From assembly GCA_043744805.1 (NCBI GenBank), contig JAYTTZ010000239.1:1-55631 (forward strand): a stretch of 55,631 bases of DNA, in the 5' to 3' direction. This DNA comes from Gammaproteobacteria bacterium (GTDB lineage Bacteria; Pseudomonadota; Gammaproteobacteria; Ga0077536). This document shows positions 17,521 to 26,510 of the stretch, one piece after another. The translations under genes were made by a program, and so were the position numbers. The notes below the pieces were generated by a model. It did not search any database, was not told the origin of the DNA, and saw only the letters and a list, made by a program, of their open reading frames with translations. Each line of letters starts with the position of its first letter. Within the stretch, counting starts at the first letter, position 1.

Positions 17521-18801
17521 ATGGCCACACGTCTGAAAGCGGGTCGTGCGCCCGCCCACCGCCGGGAAAACGACACGCAGGTTCGATTGACTGTCGAGAA
17601 AATGCTCCTCGACATCGAAGCCCGCGGTGACGCCGCGGTGCGCGACTACTCCGCGCAACTTGACCACTGGTCACCCCCATCCTTTCGCCTGGGCAAGGCC
17701 GAAATCCAGCAATGCATCGATGCCCTGCCGCCGCGTACCCTCGACGACATCCGCTTCGCGCAAGCCCAGATCCGGCGCTTCGCCCAGGTGCAATTGATGA
17801 GCCTGCGCGACGTCGAGATTGAAACCATCCCGGGCGTGGTCCTCGGCCACCGGAACATCCCCGTCAATTCAGTGGGGTGCTATGTCCCGGGCGGCAAATA
17901 CCCGATGGTGGCGTCCGCCCACATGAGCGTGCTTACCGCCAAGGTCGCGGGCGTAAAGCGCGTGATCGCCGCGACTCCACCCTTCAACGGCAAGCCGGAA
18001 CCGGCCACCATCGCCGCCATGGCAATGGCCGGGGCGGATGAAATCTACGTGCTCGGTGGCGTCCAGGCGCTGGCGATGATGGCGCTGGGCACCGGCCAGG
18101 TCGCGGCTGTTGACATGTTGGTCGGCCCGGGTAATGCGTACGTCGCAGAAGCCAAGCGCCAGCTCTTCGGCCGCGTCGGCATCGATCTCCTCGCCGGCCC
18201 AACCGAAACCCTGGTCTTATGCGACGACAGCGTCGACGCCGAACTGGTCGCGGTGGACCTCCTGGGCCAGGCCGAACACGGACCGACCTCACCGGCGATC
18301 TGCGTCACCACCTCCCACGCCATCGCCGAAGCCTTGCCGGCCGCAATCGAAGCCGTTCTCGCGCGACTCGACACCGCACCGGTCGCCCGCAGTGCCTGGG
18401 AGGATTACGGGGAAATCATCCTGTGCGAAACGCCGGAAGAAATGCTCTCCGAAGCCGAACGCATCTGCTCCGAGCACGTGCAGGTCATGACCCGGGACCC
18501 GGACTGGTTCCTCCAGCGCATGACCAACTACGGCGCGCTGTTCCTTGGCGCCCGCACCAACGTGGCTTATGGCGACAAGGTCATCGGCACCAACCACACC
18601 CTGCCCACGCAAGGTGCCGGGCGCTATACCGGTGGCTTGTGGGTCGGCAAGTTCATCAAGACCCACACCTACCAGCGCGTGCTGACCGACGCGGCCTCGG
18701 TGGAAATCGGCGAGTACTGCTCGCGCCTGTGCGAGATCGAGCATTTTTCCGGCCACAAGGAACAAGCCGACATCCGCGTGCGCCGCCTCAAGGCACGTTG
18801 A
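17521..18801 (+). CDS. Histidinol dehydrogenase paralog (HisD/HpsN-like family, substrate unknown)
   Basis: GCYVPGG; GGVQA; [12 protein letters not shown]; IDLLAGPTE; DLLGQAEHG; SEH; [16 protein letters not shown] aggag before the ATG at 17521. Confidence 0.8.
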   Translation: MATRLKAGRAPAHRRENDTQVRLTVEKMLLDIEARGDAAVRDYSAQLDHWSPPSFRLGKAEIQQCIDALPPRTLDDIRFAQAQIRRFAQVQLMSLRDVEIETIPGVVLGHRNIPVNSVGCYVPGGKYPMVASAHMSVLTAKVAGVKRVIAATPPFNGKPEPATIAAMAMAGADEIYVLGGVQALAMMALGTGQVAAVDMLVGPGNAYVAEAKRQLFGRVGIDLLAGPTETLVLCDDSVDAELVAVDLLGQAEHGPTSPAICVTTSHAIAEALPAAIEAVLARLDTAPVARSAWEDYGEIILCETPEEMLSEAERICSEHVQVMTRDPDWFLQRMTNYGALFLGARTNVAYGDKVIGTNHTLPTQGAGRYTGGLWVGKFIKTHTYQRVLTDAASVEIGEYCSRLCEIEHFSGHKEQADIRVRRLKAR

Positions 18802-18819
18802 CTACAAGGACCTAAACCC

Positions 18820-19665
18820 ATGAGCTACACCTTCATCCCTGGCGCCCGTTACCGCATGCCCTCGCATTTCGGCCCGATGTTCGGCCCGCGTAACCTCCCG
18901 CCCGGAGTCGTCCTGGACCACACGCGTTTCCCGGTTTCGACCGTGGTGACTTACCGATTCCTGTCCACGGTCGATGCGTTGTCGGCACACCTGCCGCCGG
19001 GTTTCGAAGTTGCCGGCGAGCCGGTCGTCTCCATCGACATCGCCTACGTCACCGAAATCCCCTGGCTGGCTGGACGTGGCTACAACCTCGCCCTGGTGTC
19101 GTGGCCCGCGACGTTCCGGGGCACCCGGGACACGGCAACGGGTCGCTTCGCGGCAGTGCTGTTCGAGAGCTTCGCCGATCCCATCCTGACCGGCCGGGAT
19201 GAACTCGGGCATCCCAAGATTTACTGCGAAATCCCGCCGCTGATCGTCTCCGGCAATGACCTCATCGCACGACTGGCCTGGGACGGCTTCGAATTCCTGC
19301 GCGTGTCGGTCAAGGAACTCTCGACGACGAAGCCTGCCTCGGCGGACGATTCCTTTCCCACCGCCGGGTGGCTGCAATGGAAGTACATCCCCGGCACGCC
19401 GCATGGCAATGGACCGGATGCAAGCTACCCCACGCACTCACCGGACCCGCTGGCGGCCGACCTCCATCCCAACGTGACCGTCGACGCGCGCCACTATGGC
19501 GTGGGCACGCTGGTGCGGCGCGAAGCAAGGTGGGAAGACATGCCGACCGTGTGGAACGTGGCGAATGGCATTGCCGCCCTGCCCCACCTGGAACCACGGC
19601 TCGCGGTGGTCACGAAAACCCACGGCTGGATCGGGGACGTCGGCGACACCCGGCGTTTGTACTGA
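18820..19665 (+). CDS. Acetoacetate decarboxylase-like (ADC superfamily) protein
   Basis: YRMPSHFGP N-terminus; LPPGFEVAGEPVV; GRGYN; PILTGRDELGHPKIY (candidate Schiff-base Lys). Confidence 0.8.
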   Translation: MSYTFIPGARYRMPSHFGPMFGPRNLPPGVVLDHTRFPVSTVVTYRFLSTVDALSAHLPPGFEVAGEPVVSIDIAYVTEIPWLAGRGYNLALVSWPATFRGTRDTATGRFAAVLFESFADPILTGRDELGHPKIYCEIPPLIVSGNDLIARLAWDGFEFLRVSVKELSTTKPASADDSFPTAGWLQWKYIPGTPHGNGPDASYPTHSPDPLAADLHPNVTVDARHYGVGTLVRREARWEDMPTVWNVANGIAALPHLEPRLAVVTKTHGWIGDVGDTRRLY

Positions 19666-19673
19666 GTCGCGCC

Positions 19674-20420
19674 ATGGCGACCTCGCTCAACGGGAAAATC
19701 GCCCTGGTCACGGGTGGCGCGGGCGGCATTGGCACCGCCATCTGTCGCCGCCTGGCGGGCGAAGGGGCCACGGTGGTCATCACCTATCAGACGCAACGCG
19801 CACGTGCCGAGGCCTTAATCGAGACACTGCCGGGTACTGGCCACTGGCTTAGCCCGGCGTCAGTCACCGATACGCCGGCGTTGTCGGCGCTGGCCCGCGA
19901 GATTGCCGAACGCCATGGTCGACTGGATATCCTCGTCAACAACGCCGGCGTGAGTCGCGTCGTGCCGCACGCCGATCTCGACGCCCTGGACGATGCCCTG
20001 ATCGACGCCATCTTCAACACCAACTGGCGTGGCGCCTTTGCCTGTGTGCGCGCGTTCCGCAGCCTGCTCGCGAGCCACCACGGGGTGGTGGTCAATATCT
20101 CTTCAATTGCCGGGAATACCGCCGTGGGCAGCAACATCGCCTACTGCGCGAGCAAGGCCGCGATGGATAACATGACCCGCGCCCTGGCCCGCGCCCTGGC
20201 CCCGGCGATCAGGATCCTGTCCATCGCACCCGGTTGGGTGGCCGGCGACTATGCCTCGCGCGCCGATCCCGCCTACCTGCAACTCCAGATTGACCGCACC
20301 CCACTCGGACGCATCGCCACCGCCGAGGACGTTGCCGAAGCCGTGTATGTCGCCTGTACCGGACTCACCTTCACGACGGGTGCCATCATCCCGGTGGATG
20401 GTGGTCGCCCCCTGAATTGA
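19674..20420 (+). CDS. SDR family NAD(P)-dependent oxidoreductase
   Basis: TGGAGGIG; DILVNNAG; NISS; YCASK; IPVDGG. Confidence 0.92.
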   Translation: MATSLNGKIALVTGGAGGIGTAICRRLAGEGATVVITYQTQRARAEALIETLPGTGHWLSPASVTDTPALSALAREIAERHGRLDILVNNAGVSRVVPHADLDALDDALIDAIFNTNWRGAFACVRAFRSLLASHHGVVVNISSIAGNTAVGSNIAYCASKAAMDNMTRALARALAPAIRILSIAPGWVAGDYASRADPAYLQLQIDRTPLGRIATAEDVAEAVYVACTGLTFTTGAIIPVDGGRPLN

Positions 20421-20427
20421 TCACACC

Positions 20428-21105
20428 ATGAAAGATGTCGGCAAGCCCGCGCGGCAGCGCCTGGCCCCGGATGCCCGCCAACAGCAAATCCTGGAAGGCG
20501 CCATCGCCTACTTCGCGGAATTCGGCTTCGAGGGTGGCACGCGAGCCCTGGCCAAGCACCTTGGCATCAGCCAGGCGCTGCTGTTCCGCTATTTTCCCTC
20601 GAAGGCCTCGTTGGTTGATCGCGTCTACGAAGTCGTGTTCCTGCAGCGTTGGGACACGCGATGGAAAGGACTCCTCACCGACCGCAGCGTGCCGCTGGTC
20701 GATCGCCTCAAGTGCTTCTACAAGGACTACAACCGCAGCATCGATCGCTACGAGGTCATTCGAATCTCCCTGTTCTCAGCCTTGCGCCACGAAAGTATCA
20801 GCCAGCGCTACGTCGCACGCCTGCGCGAGCAATTGCTCATCCCGATCGTCATGGAATGCCGCGCGCACCTCGGATTGCCGCTGGCGCCGGGCGAAGGGAT
20901 CCCGGCACTCGAGGAACAATTGATCCTGAGCCTGCACGCAACGGTCATCTACGGGATCATGCGCAAGCACGTCTTCCGCGCCGCGCCGCCGGTCGATAGC
21001 GATTTCCTGATCGAACTCTACGTCGATGCTTTCGTCAGCCATGCCGGCGAAGGCTTTCGTCGCATCCTGGCCCGCAGCGCCACGAGTGCTGGCGTCGCGG
21101 CGTGA
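20428..21105 (+). CDS. TetR/AcrR family transcriptional regulator
   Basis: RQQQILEGAIAYFAEFGFEGGTRALAKHLGISQALLFRYFPSK helix-turn-helix. Confidence 0.92.
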   Translation: MKDVGKPARQRLAPDARQQQILEGAIAYFAEFGFEGGTRALAKHLGISQALLFRYFPSKASLVDRVYEVVFLQRWDTRWKGLLTDRSVPLVDRLKCFYKDYNRSIDRYEVIRISLFSALRHESISQRYVARLREQLLIPIVMECRAHLGLPLAPGEGIPALEEQLILSLHATVIYGIMRKHVFRAAPPVDSDFLIELYVDAFVSHAGEGFRRILARSATSAGVAA

Positions 21106-21205
21106 CGAAGTTCACCCCGGCCAGCAACGGCCGTCGTCCCGTGAACGGGCATACTCATTGGCGTCCCATGGCGGGCGCACCCAGCATCATTCGAGCGAGG
21201 TTGAC

Positions 21206-22120
21206 GTGAACTATTCCATTGAATGCGTGGCTGCCGATTCCAACGAACTTGGCGAAGGCCCGATCTGGGACCAACGCGAGCAAGCCCTCTATTGGGTAGA
21301 CGGCACCGGGCGTCGTGTGGGGCGGCCGTCACTCTGGCGGCTCGACCCGCGCACTGGCGAGAAGCGGAGCTGGTCGCTGCAGCACGACGTGGGCGCCATG
21401 GCGCTGCGTGAATCCGGTGGCGCGGTGCTCGCACTGGACGACGGCTTCTACACGTTTGATTTCGACAGCGAAAAGCTGGAACTCATCACCCACATCGATG
21501 CCAATGAACCCCGCAGCCGCCTTAACGACGGCAAATGCGACCGGCGCGGTCGCTTCCTCGCCGGCGGCATGGATGACAAGGAAGAACTGGGCCTGTGCAG
21601 CCTGTGGCGGCTGGATCCGGACTTCTCCGTGACCCGTCTCGACCAGGGCATCATCTGTTCCAACGGTCCCTGTTTCAGCCCGGACGACCGCACTTTCTAT
21701 TTTGCTGACACTTTCCAGAAAGTGATGTGGGCCTACGATTACGACCTCACCAGCGGCGCGGTAGCCAACCGCCGGCAGTTCGCCGATACCCAGGCGGAAC
21801 GCGGCTTCTTCGACGGCAGCACCGTGGATGCCGAAGGCTGTGTCTGGAATGCACTGGTGATTGGCGGGGAACTCATCCGCTACACGCCGGACGGCGAAGT
21901 GGAACGCCGCATCGGCATGCCCGTGCGCAACATCACGAGCCTGTGCTTCGGCGGACCGCACCTGGATGAACTCTACGTGACGTCAATGGCGCGTGTGCGC
22001 CACCCCGCCGTGCACGCCCATTTTGCCAAGCAAGATAAGCCGCAGTTCGGCGCCGGCAGCCTGTTCCGGATCCGGGGCCTCGGCATCCAGGGTTTGCCCG
22101 AGCCGCGCTTCGCCGGTTGA
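21206..22120 (+). CDS. SMP-30/gluconolactonase/LRE family protein
   Basis: LGEGPIWD; RLNDGKCDRRGRF; SNGPCFSPD; DGSTVDAEG; GTG start after gagg. Confidence 0.9.
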   Translation: MNYSIECVAADSNELGEGPIWDQREQALYWVDGTGRRVGRPSLWRLDPRTGEKRSWSLQHDVGAMALRESGGAVLALDDGFYTFDFDSEKLELITHIDANEPRSRLNDGKCDRRGRFLAGGMDDKEELGLCSLWRLDPDFSVTRLDQGIICSNGPCFSPDDRTFYFADTFQKVMWAYDYDLTSGAVANRRQFADTQAERGFFDGSTVDAEGCVWNALVIGGELIRYTPDGEVERRIGMPVRNITSLCFGGPHLDELYVTSMARVRHPAVHAHFAKQDKPQFGAGSLFRIRGLGIQGLPEPRFAG

Positions 22121-22130
22121 TGGGTTCCCG

Positions 22131-23069
22131 ATGACCGCGCGTTATATGAACGACGTCCTGCCCACCCTGCGCGCCTGGCGCACCGAGGGGCACAGGGCAG
22201 CACTTGCTACGCTGGTATTCGTCGATGGGTCGGCGCCCCGGCCGCGCGGCAGCCAGATGGCCATCCGCGAAGACGGCCTGGCGGTCGGCAACCTCACGGG
22301 CGGCTGTGCAGAAGCTGCCATCATCGACGAGGCCAAGGCGCGGATTGCCGCTGGCACCAACCGACTGCTCCGCTATGGCAAGGATTCGCCCTACATGGAC
22401 ATCCGCCTGCCTTGCGGCTCCGGGATTGACGTCTTCTTCGACGTCACCCTGCCCCTTGCCACCCTCGAACTGATCACCAACGCCAACCGGAACCGCGACG
22501 CGGCCACCCTCGTCATCGATATCGATGCGCGTTCAGCCCGCGCGGTGCATGGCGATCAATTCACCCCGCGGCCAACTGAACGGGCGCGGCTTTGCGAACC
22601 GCCGCCACGCATCCTGGCGGCGGGCAAGGGGCCGCTGGTGCCGCTCATCGCCCAGTTGGGCACGGCTGCGGAATTCGAGGTAATCGTCTGGTCATCCGAA
22701 CCGGAGACTTTGGAAATGGCCCGGCCGCATGCCATCCACGCCCACGCCCTGACCACGCCGGAAGCCTTCCGCTGTGGCAAGCAGGACCGCTGGACCGCCT
22801 TCCTGTCGCTGTTCCATGAACATGCATGGGAACCGCCGCTCCTGCGCGAAGCGCTGGCGTCGGAGTGCTTCTACGTGGGTGCGCTTGGCAGCCGCCGGAC
22901 CGCTGAAGCGCGCCGCACACTGCTGCGCGACGAGGGTGTCGACGAGGTCGACATCGCTCGCATCCACGGCCCGGTGGGACTTGATATCGGGGCGCAAAGC
23001 CCGCCGGAAATAGTGCTCGCGATCCTGGGCCAGATCGTCGCCCAACGTCGCCAACGTAACCCGGCGTGA
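22131..23069 (+). CDS. xdhC: XdhC/CoxI family Mo-cofactor maturation protein
   Basis: GSAPRPRGSQM; GNLTGGCAE; LPCGSG; YVGALGSRR; IHGPVGLDIGAQSPPEI. Confidence 0.9.
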   Translation: MTARYMNDVLPTLRAWRTEGHRAALATLVFVDGSAPRPRGSQMAIREDGLAVGNLTGGCAEAAIIDEAKARIAAGTNRLLRYGKDSPYMDIRLPCGSGIDVFFDVTLPLATLELITNANRNRDAATLVIDIDARSARAVHGDQFTPRPTERARLCEPPPRILAAGKGPLVPLIAQLGTAAEFEVIVWSSEPETLEMARPHAIHAHALTTPEAFRCGKQDRWTAFLSLFHEHAWEPPLLREALASECFYVGALGSRRTAEARRTLLRDEGVDEVDIARIHGPVGLDIGAQSPPEIVLAILGQIVAQRRQRNPA

Positions 23070-23680
23070 GCCAGCGGCTTGCGGCCATCGTGCTGGCCGC
23101 GGGCTTTGGTCGACGCTTCGGTGGCAGCGGCAAGCTCCATGCCCTGCTGGACGGCGAACCCGTGCTCAAGCACAGCCTGCGGGCACTCGCGGGCCTCGCG
23201 CTGCTTGAACGCCTGGTTGTCGTCGCGCCAGGGGACGCCAGTGCCAGCGAACTTGCGTCCGCGTGTGGTGCGCGAACAATCGTAAATCCCGATCGGGCCG
23301 CGGGGCTCGGCAACTCTCTGGCATGCGGCGCACGGGCACTGTCCCCGGATGCCGACGGGGTGATGGTGCTGCTGGGCGACATGCCGCGGATCAGGTCCGC
23401 GACCCTGCAAGCACTGGCGGAACGGTGGCGCGGGCTGGGTCGCAACGACCTGTTGGCGCCCGCCTTCCAGGGACGGCGCGGCCACCCGGTGATTTTCGGA
23501 GCGGATTACTGGCCGGCGCTATGCCAGCTCGAAGGCGAGCAGGGCGCCCGCGATGTCCTCACGACCCATCGCGCAAAACTGGAGTTACTCGCGGTCGATG
23601 ACGCCGGGGTGCTGGTGGATATCGACACCCCGGCGGATCTCGCGGCGGCTGGAGAACCCTCCGACCGCCCGACGGCTTAA
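23066..23680 (+). CDS. mocA: Molybdenum cofactor cytidylyltransferase-like nucleotidyltransferase
   Basis: LAAGFGRRFG..KL; GLGNSL; LGDMP; RGHPVIF; GEQGAR; DIDTPAD. Confidence 0.85.
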   Translation: MSQRLAAIVLAAGFGRRFGGSGKLHALLDGEPVLKHSLRALAGLALLERLVVVAPGDASASELASACGARTIVNPDRAAGLGNSLACGARALSPDADGVMVLLGDMPRIRSATLQALAERWRGLGRNDLLAPAFQGRRGHPVIFGADYWPALCQLEGEQGARDVLTTHRAKLELLAVDDAGVLVDIDTPADLAAAGEPSDRPTA

Positions 23681-24507
23681 GCGGCGCGGCGACGCGTGAC
23701 CTTGCTGGCAGGAGCCTTCCTGGCCACCTTCCGCGTGGTCTTCACGGTGGCCTTTTTCGCCACTGCAGTCGTCTTGCGACGAACCGGCGCGGCGGCGGGC
23801 TTCGCCGCCACCTTGCGGGCGCGGGTTGCCACCTTGGCCGGGCGAGCCGTCGCCTTGGCCTTGGCCTTGGCTTTCCTGGCTGCCGGTTTGGCCGCAGGCG
23901 CGACGGAATCAGTCGAATAGATCTTCCCGCGCTTGCGGCTGGAGGCTTCCGACAAACCGGCCGCCGCAAGCATCGCCATCGCCTCAGTCGAGAATTCAGC
24001 CGACGGTGCGTCGCCCGCAATCACGAACATGAGCGTGGAATAACGAGTCTTCGAGCCCCGCGTCACGTTATGGAAGCGACGGAGCACGCCAGGCGGAAAG
24101 GAAATGACGTCGAGCGGGGCGAGGTCCACCGACTGCACCTTGCCACGCATGTCTTCCCAGCTTGCGCGCCAGGTGCCGTTGATGGCGATGAAGGTTTCGT
24201 TGGTATCGTGGTTATGCATCAGCGGGCCCTTGCCCGGCAGCGCCCGGCAGAAGCCCATGCTGAAGCCTTCGGAAATCTTGATGGCCGTCATGCGCGCAGC
24301 GTGATCGCCTACGGGCGACATCATTGCGCCTTCCTCGATCGCCGGCGGCTGGAAGCCAATCACGTTGTAGAGAATGCGTTCCGATCCCGACAACCGGCTG
24401 TCGGGCAAGCCGCCGTCGGTGCCCTTCACCTTCGAGAAGCGCGCGACGCGTTTCAACATCTCGCGGCGGTTAACCGGCTTGCGTGGAATCTGTTCTTGGT
24501 ATGACAT
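23677..24507 (-). CDS. Cupin domain protein with Lys/Arg/Ala-rich histone-like C-terminal tail
   Basis: PLMHNHDTNETF and DVISFPPGVLRRFHN cupin motifs; tail AAKPAARKAKAKAK...VTRRRAA. Confidence 0.75.
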   Translation of the reverse strand: MSYQEQIPRKPVNRREMLKRVARFSKVKGTDGGLPDSRLSGSERILYNVIGFQPPAIEEGAMMSPVGDHAARMTAIKISEGFSMGFCRALPGKGPLMHNHDTNETFIAINGTWRASWEDMRGKVQSVDLAPLDVISFPPGVLRRFHNVTRGSKTRYSTLMFVIAGDAPSAEFSTEAMAMLAAAGLSEASSRKRGKIYSTDSVAPAAKPAARKAKAKAKATARPAKVATRARKVAAKPAAAPVRRKTTAVAKKATVKTTRKVARKAPASKVTRRRAA

Positions 24508-24637
24508 GCGTTCGTCCCTTCGTTACTGAAGGCGGAAAGTAACGCAAGAGCGCTTGAGCGTATACCGGAAGGACTTCAGCGCCAGGTTTGGCGCCAGGGC
24601 CCGATCCCGTCAAACTCGCCCCGCCATCGAGATTCGA

Positions 24638-26107
24638 ATGACCGACGACACCCCGGATTCCCCGCCGCGCGACGTCCAGATGACTGGTACGCCGGGCCTG
24701 TGGGACTGGCTTGGAACCCAGGGCATCAGCCTCGGCTTCACCACCTACCAGACCAACCGGCTGTTCCTGGTGGGTTGCCATCCCGACGGCCGGCTAGCCG
24801 TGAACGAGCGCCTGTTCGACAAGCCCATGGGCCTCTTCGCCGAAAACGACAAGCTCTACATGGCCTGTCGCTACCAGATATTCCAGTTCGAGAATCGCCT
24901 TGGCGCGGGTGAGCAGCATCACGGCGCGGACCGGCTGTTCGTGCCCAGCACGTCCTGGTTTACCGGCAACCTGAACGTGCACGACGTGGTGATGACCCGC
25001 GACCGACGTCTTGTCTTCATCAACACGGACTTCAGCTGCCTGGCGACGCTCAAACCCGGTTTCAGCTTCGAGCCGCTGTGGCAACCGTCCTTCATCAGCA
25101 AGCTCGTCGCCGAAGATCGCTGCCACCTGAACGGTCTCGCGCTGGAAAACGGCGAGCCCGCCTATGTCACCGCCTGTAGCAGTACCGACGAAGCCGCCGG
25201 CTGGCGCGACCAGCGCAGCAATGGTGGCGTGGCCATCCACCTGCCCAGCAATGGCGTGGTGGCCTCTGGCCTGTCCATGCCGCACTCGCCGCGCGTCTAT
25301 CGCGGCAAGCTGTGGCTGCTGAATTCTGGCACCGGCGAACTCGGCCACGTGACCAACGGACGCTTCCACCCGCTGTGCTTCCTGCCCGGCTTCGTCCGCG
25401 GGCTCGTGCTGTGGCGCGACTTCGCCATTGTCGGGCTGTCGAAGCTACGCTCCAGGACGTTCGCCGGGCTCGAATTGGAACGCCGACTGGAAGCCCAGGG
25501 CCAGACCTCCCGGTGCGGCCTCGCGGTGGTCGATCTCACTACGGGCGCCCTGCTCCACAGCCTGCAGATCGACGGCGTGGTGGAAGAACTCTTCGACGTG
25601 GTGGTACTGCCCGGCGTGCGCCAGCCGCGCGCGGTCGGCTTCCAGGGTGACGACATCGACCGACTCGTGACCTTCCCGGGCTCCAACGGACTCGTCATCA
25701 CCAAACCTACCGTCCAGCGCCCCGGCATCGGCACCACGGGGCATTCGCCGGGGCTGCCGCGCGGCACACCCGAAACAACCCGCCTGTCGGTGAAGTACCA
25801 ACGCGTGTTCCACCTCAATCCCGACAACCTGCTGGACTACGAATCGATGACCTCGCCAAGCCTCGCGACGCGTTGGCCGACGCGAGCGCAGCGGGGAGAA
25901 CTGCTGGGCGTGGCGGCCTCGATCAATGGTGATCTGATTGGCCTGGCCGTAGCCGAGCGCTGGACCGATGAACACGCGCAACCCGCAGCGGAACTCATTT
26001 CCCTGAAAGTGCTGCCCGCCTATCCGGAAGGCCCCATCAGCGAGCGGCTCGTCAAACAACTGGAAGCGCTCGTTGGCCAGGCGCTGGCAGGGCCGCCGCC
26101 CGGGTAA
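24638..26107 (+). CDS. TIGR03032 (DUF4915) family protein with degenerate GNAT-like C-terminal extension
   Basis: FTTYQTNRLF; EDRCHLNGLA; GLSMPHSPR; LLNSGTG; PGFVRGL; ELFDVVVLPGV. Confidence 0.85.
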   Translation: MTDDTPDSPPRDVQMTGTPGLWDWLGTQGISLGFTTYQTNRLFLVGCHPDGRLAVNERLFDKPMGLFAENDKLYMACRYQIFQFENRLGAGEQHHGADRLFVPSTSWFTGNLNVHDVVMTRDRRLVFINTDFSCLATLKPGFSFEPLWQPSFISKLVAEDRCHLNGLALENGEPAYVTACSSTDEAAGWRDQRSNGGVAIHLPSNGVVASGLSMPHSPRVYRGKLWLLNSGTGELGHVTNGRFHPLCFLPGFVRGLVLWRDFAIVGLSKLRSRTFAGLELERRLEAQGQTSRCGLAVVDLTTGALLHSLQIDGVVEELFDVVVLPGVRQPRAVGFQGDDIDRLVTFPGSNGLVITKPTVQRPGIGTTGHSPGLPRGTPETTRLSVKYQRVFHLNPDNLLDYESMTSPSLATRWPTRAQRGELLGVAASINGDLIGLAVAERWTDEHAQPAAELISLKVLPAYPEGPISERLVKQLEALVGQALAGPPPG

Positions 26108-26201
26108 GCTCGATGGGTGCGCAAGGCTGCTACGCGCCAACTGAAATCCCCGGAGTGGCAGGCGCCACCCACCCGTTGCCTGGCCCGGACGGAGTTCCTC
26201 C

Positions 26202-26477
26202 ATGAGTTCGCCCCTGTTCAGCGCCCCGATCGTCAATCCCTTCGGGCTCGACACAGTCAACTCATGGGCAGCACCGTCCTGCGTGGACAGCGACGGCGAT
26301 GGCGATTTTTACGACCGCACCGCCGACGTGGTGTATGGCAACGTCGATACGGATCCAGCGCCTGGGTTCTCCCGCAAGGTGCTGGGACCTGCGACTCTTG
26401 TAATCGGGGACTTCTCCTCTGTGTGGGTGGCGATGCAAGGCTTAGCCACGTCGAAAAGAGAAATTGGCCTGCGCTAG
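26202..26477 (+). pseudogene. Internally deleted relic of an FG-GAP/RTX paralog (N-terminus fused to C-terminus)
   Basis: MSSPLFSAPIVNPFGL...DSDGDGDF matches the start of 35668. YDRTADVVYGNVDTDPAPGFSRKVLG...GDF matches the end of all three paralogs. Confidence 0.8.
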
Positions 26478-26510
26478 ACTCGGGGCCTCCTCACCATCGC
26501 GTAGTACCGC

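Noticed and set aside
17521-18801. Biosynthetic hisD
   Set aside because: No histidine operon context, divergent motifs, and it sits in a catabolic operon.
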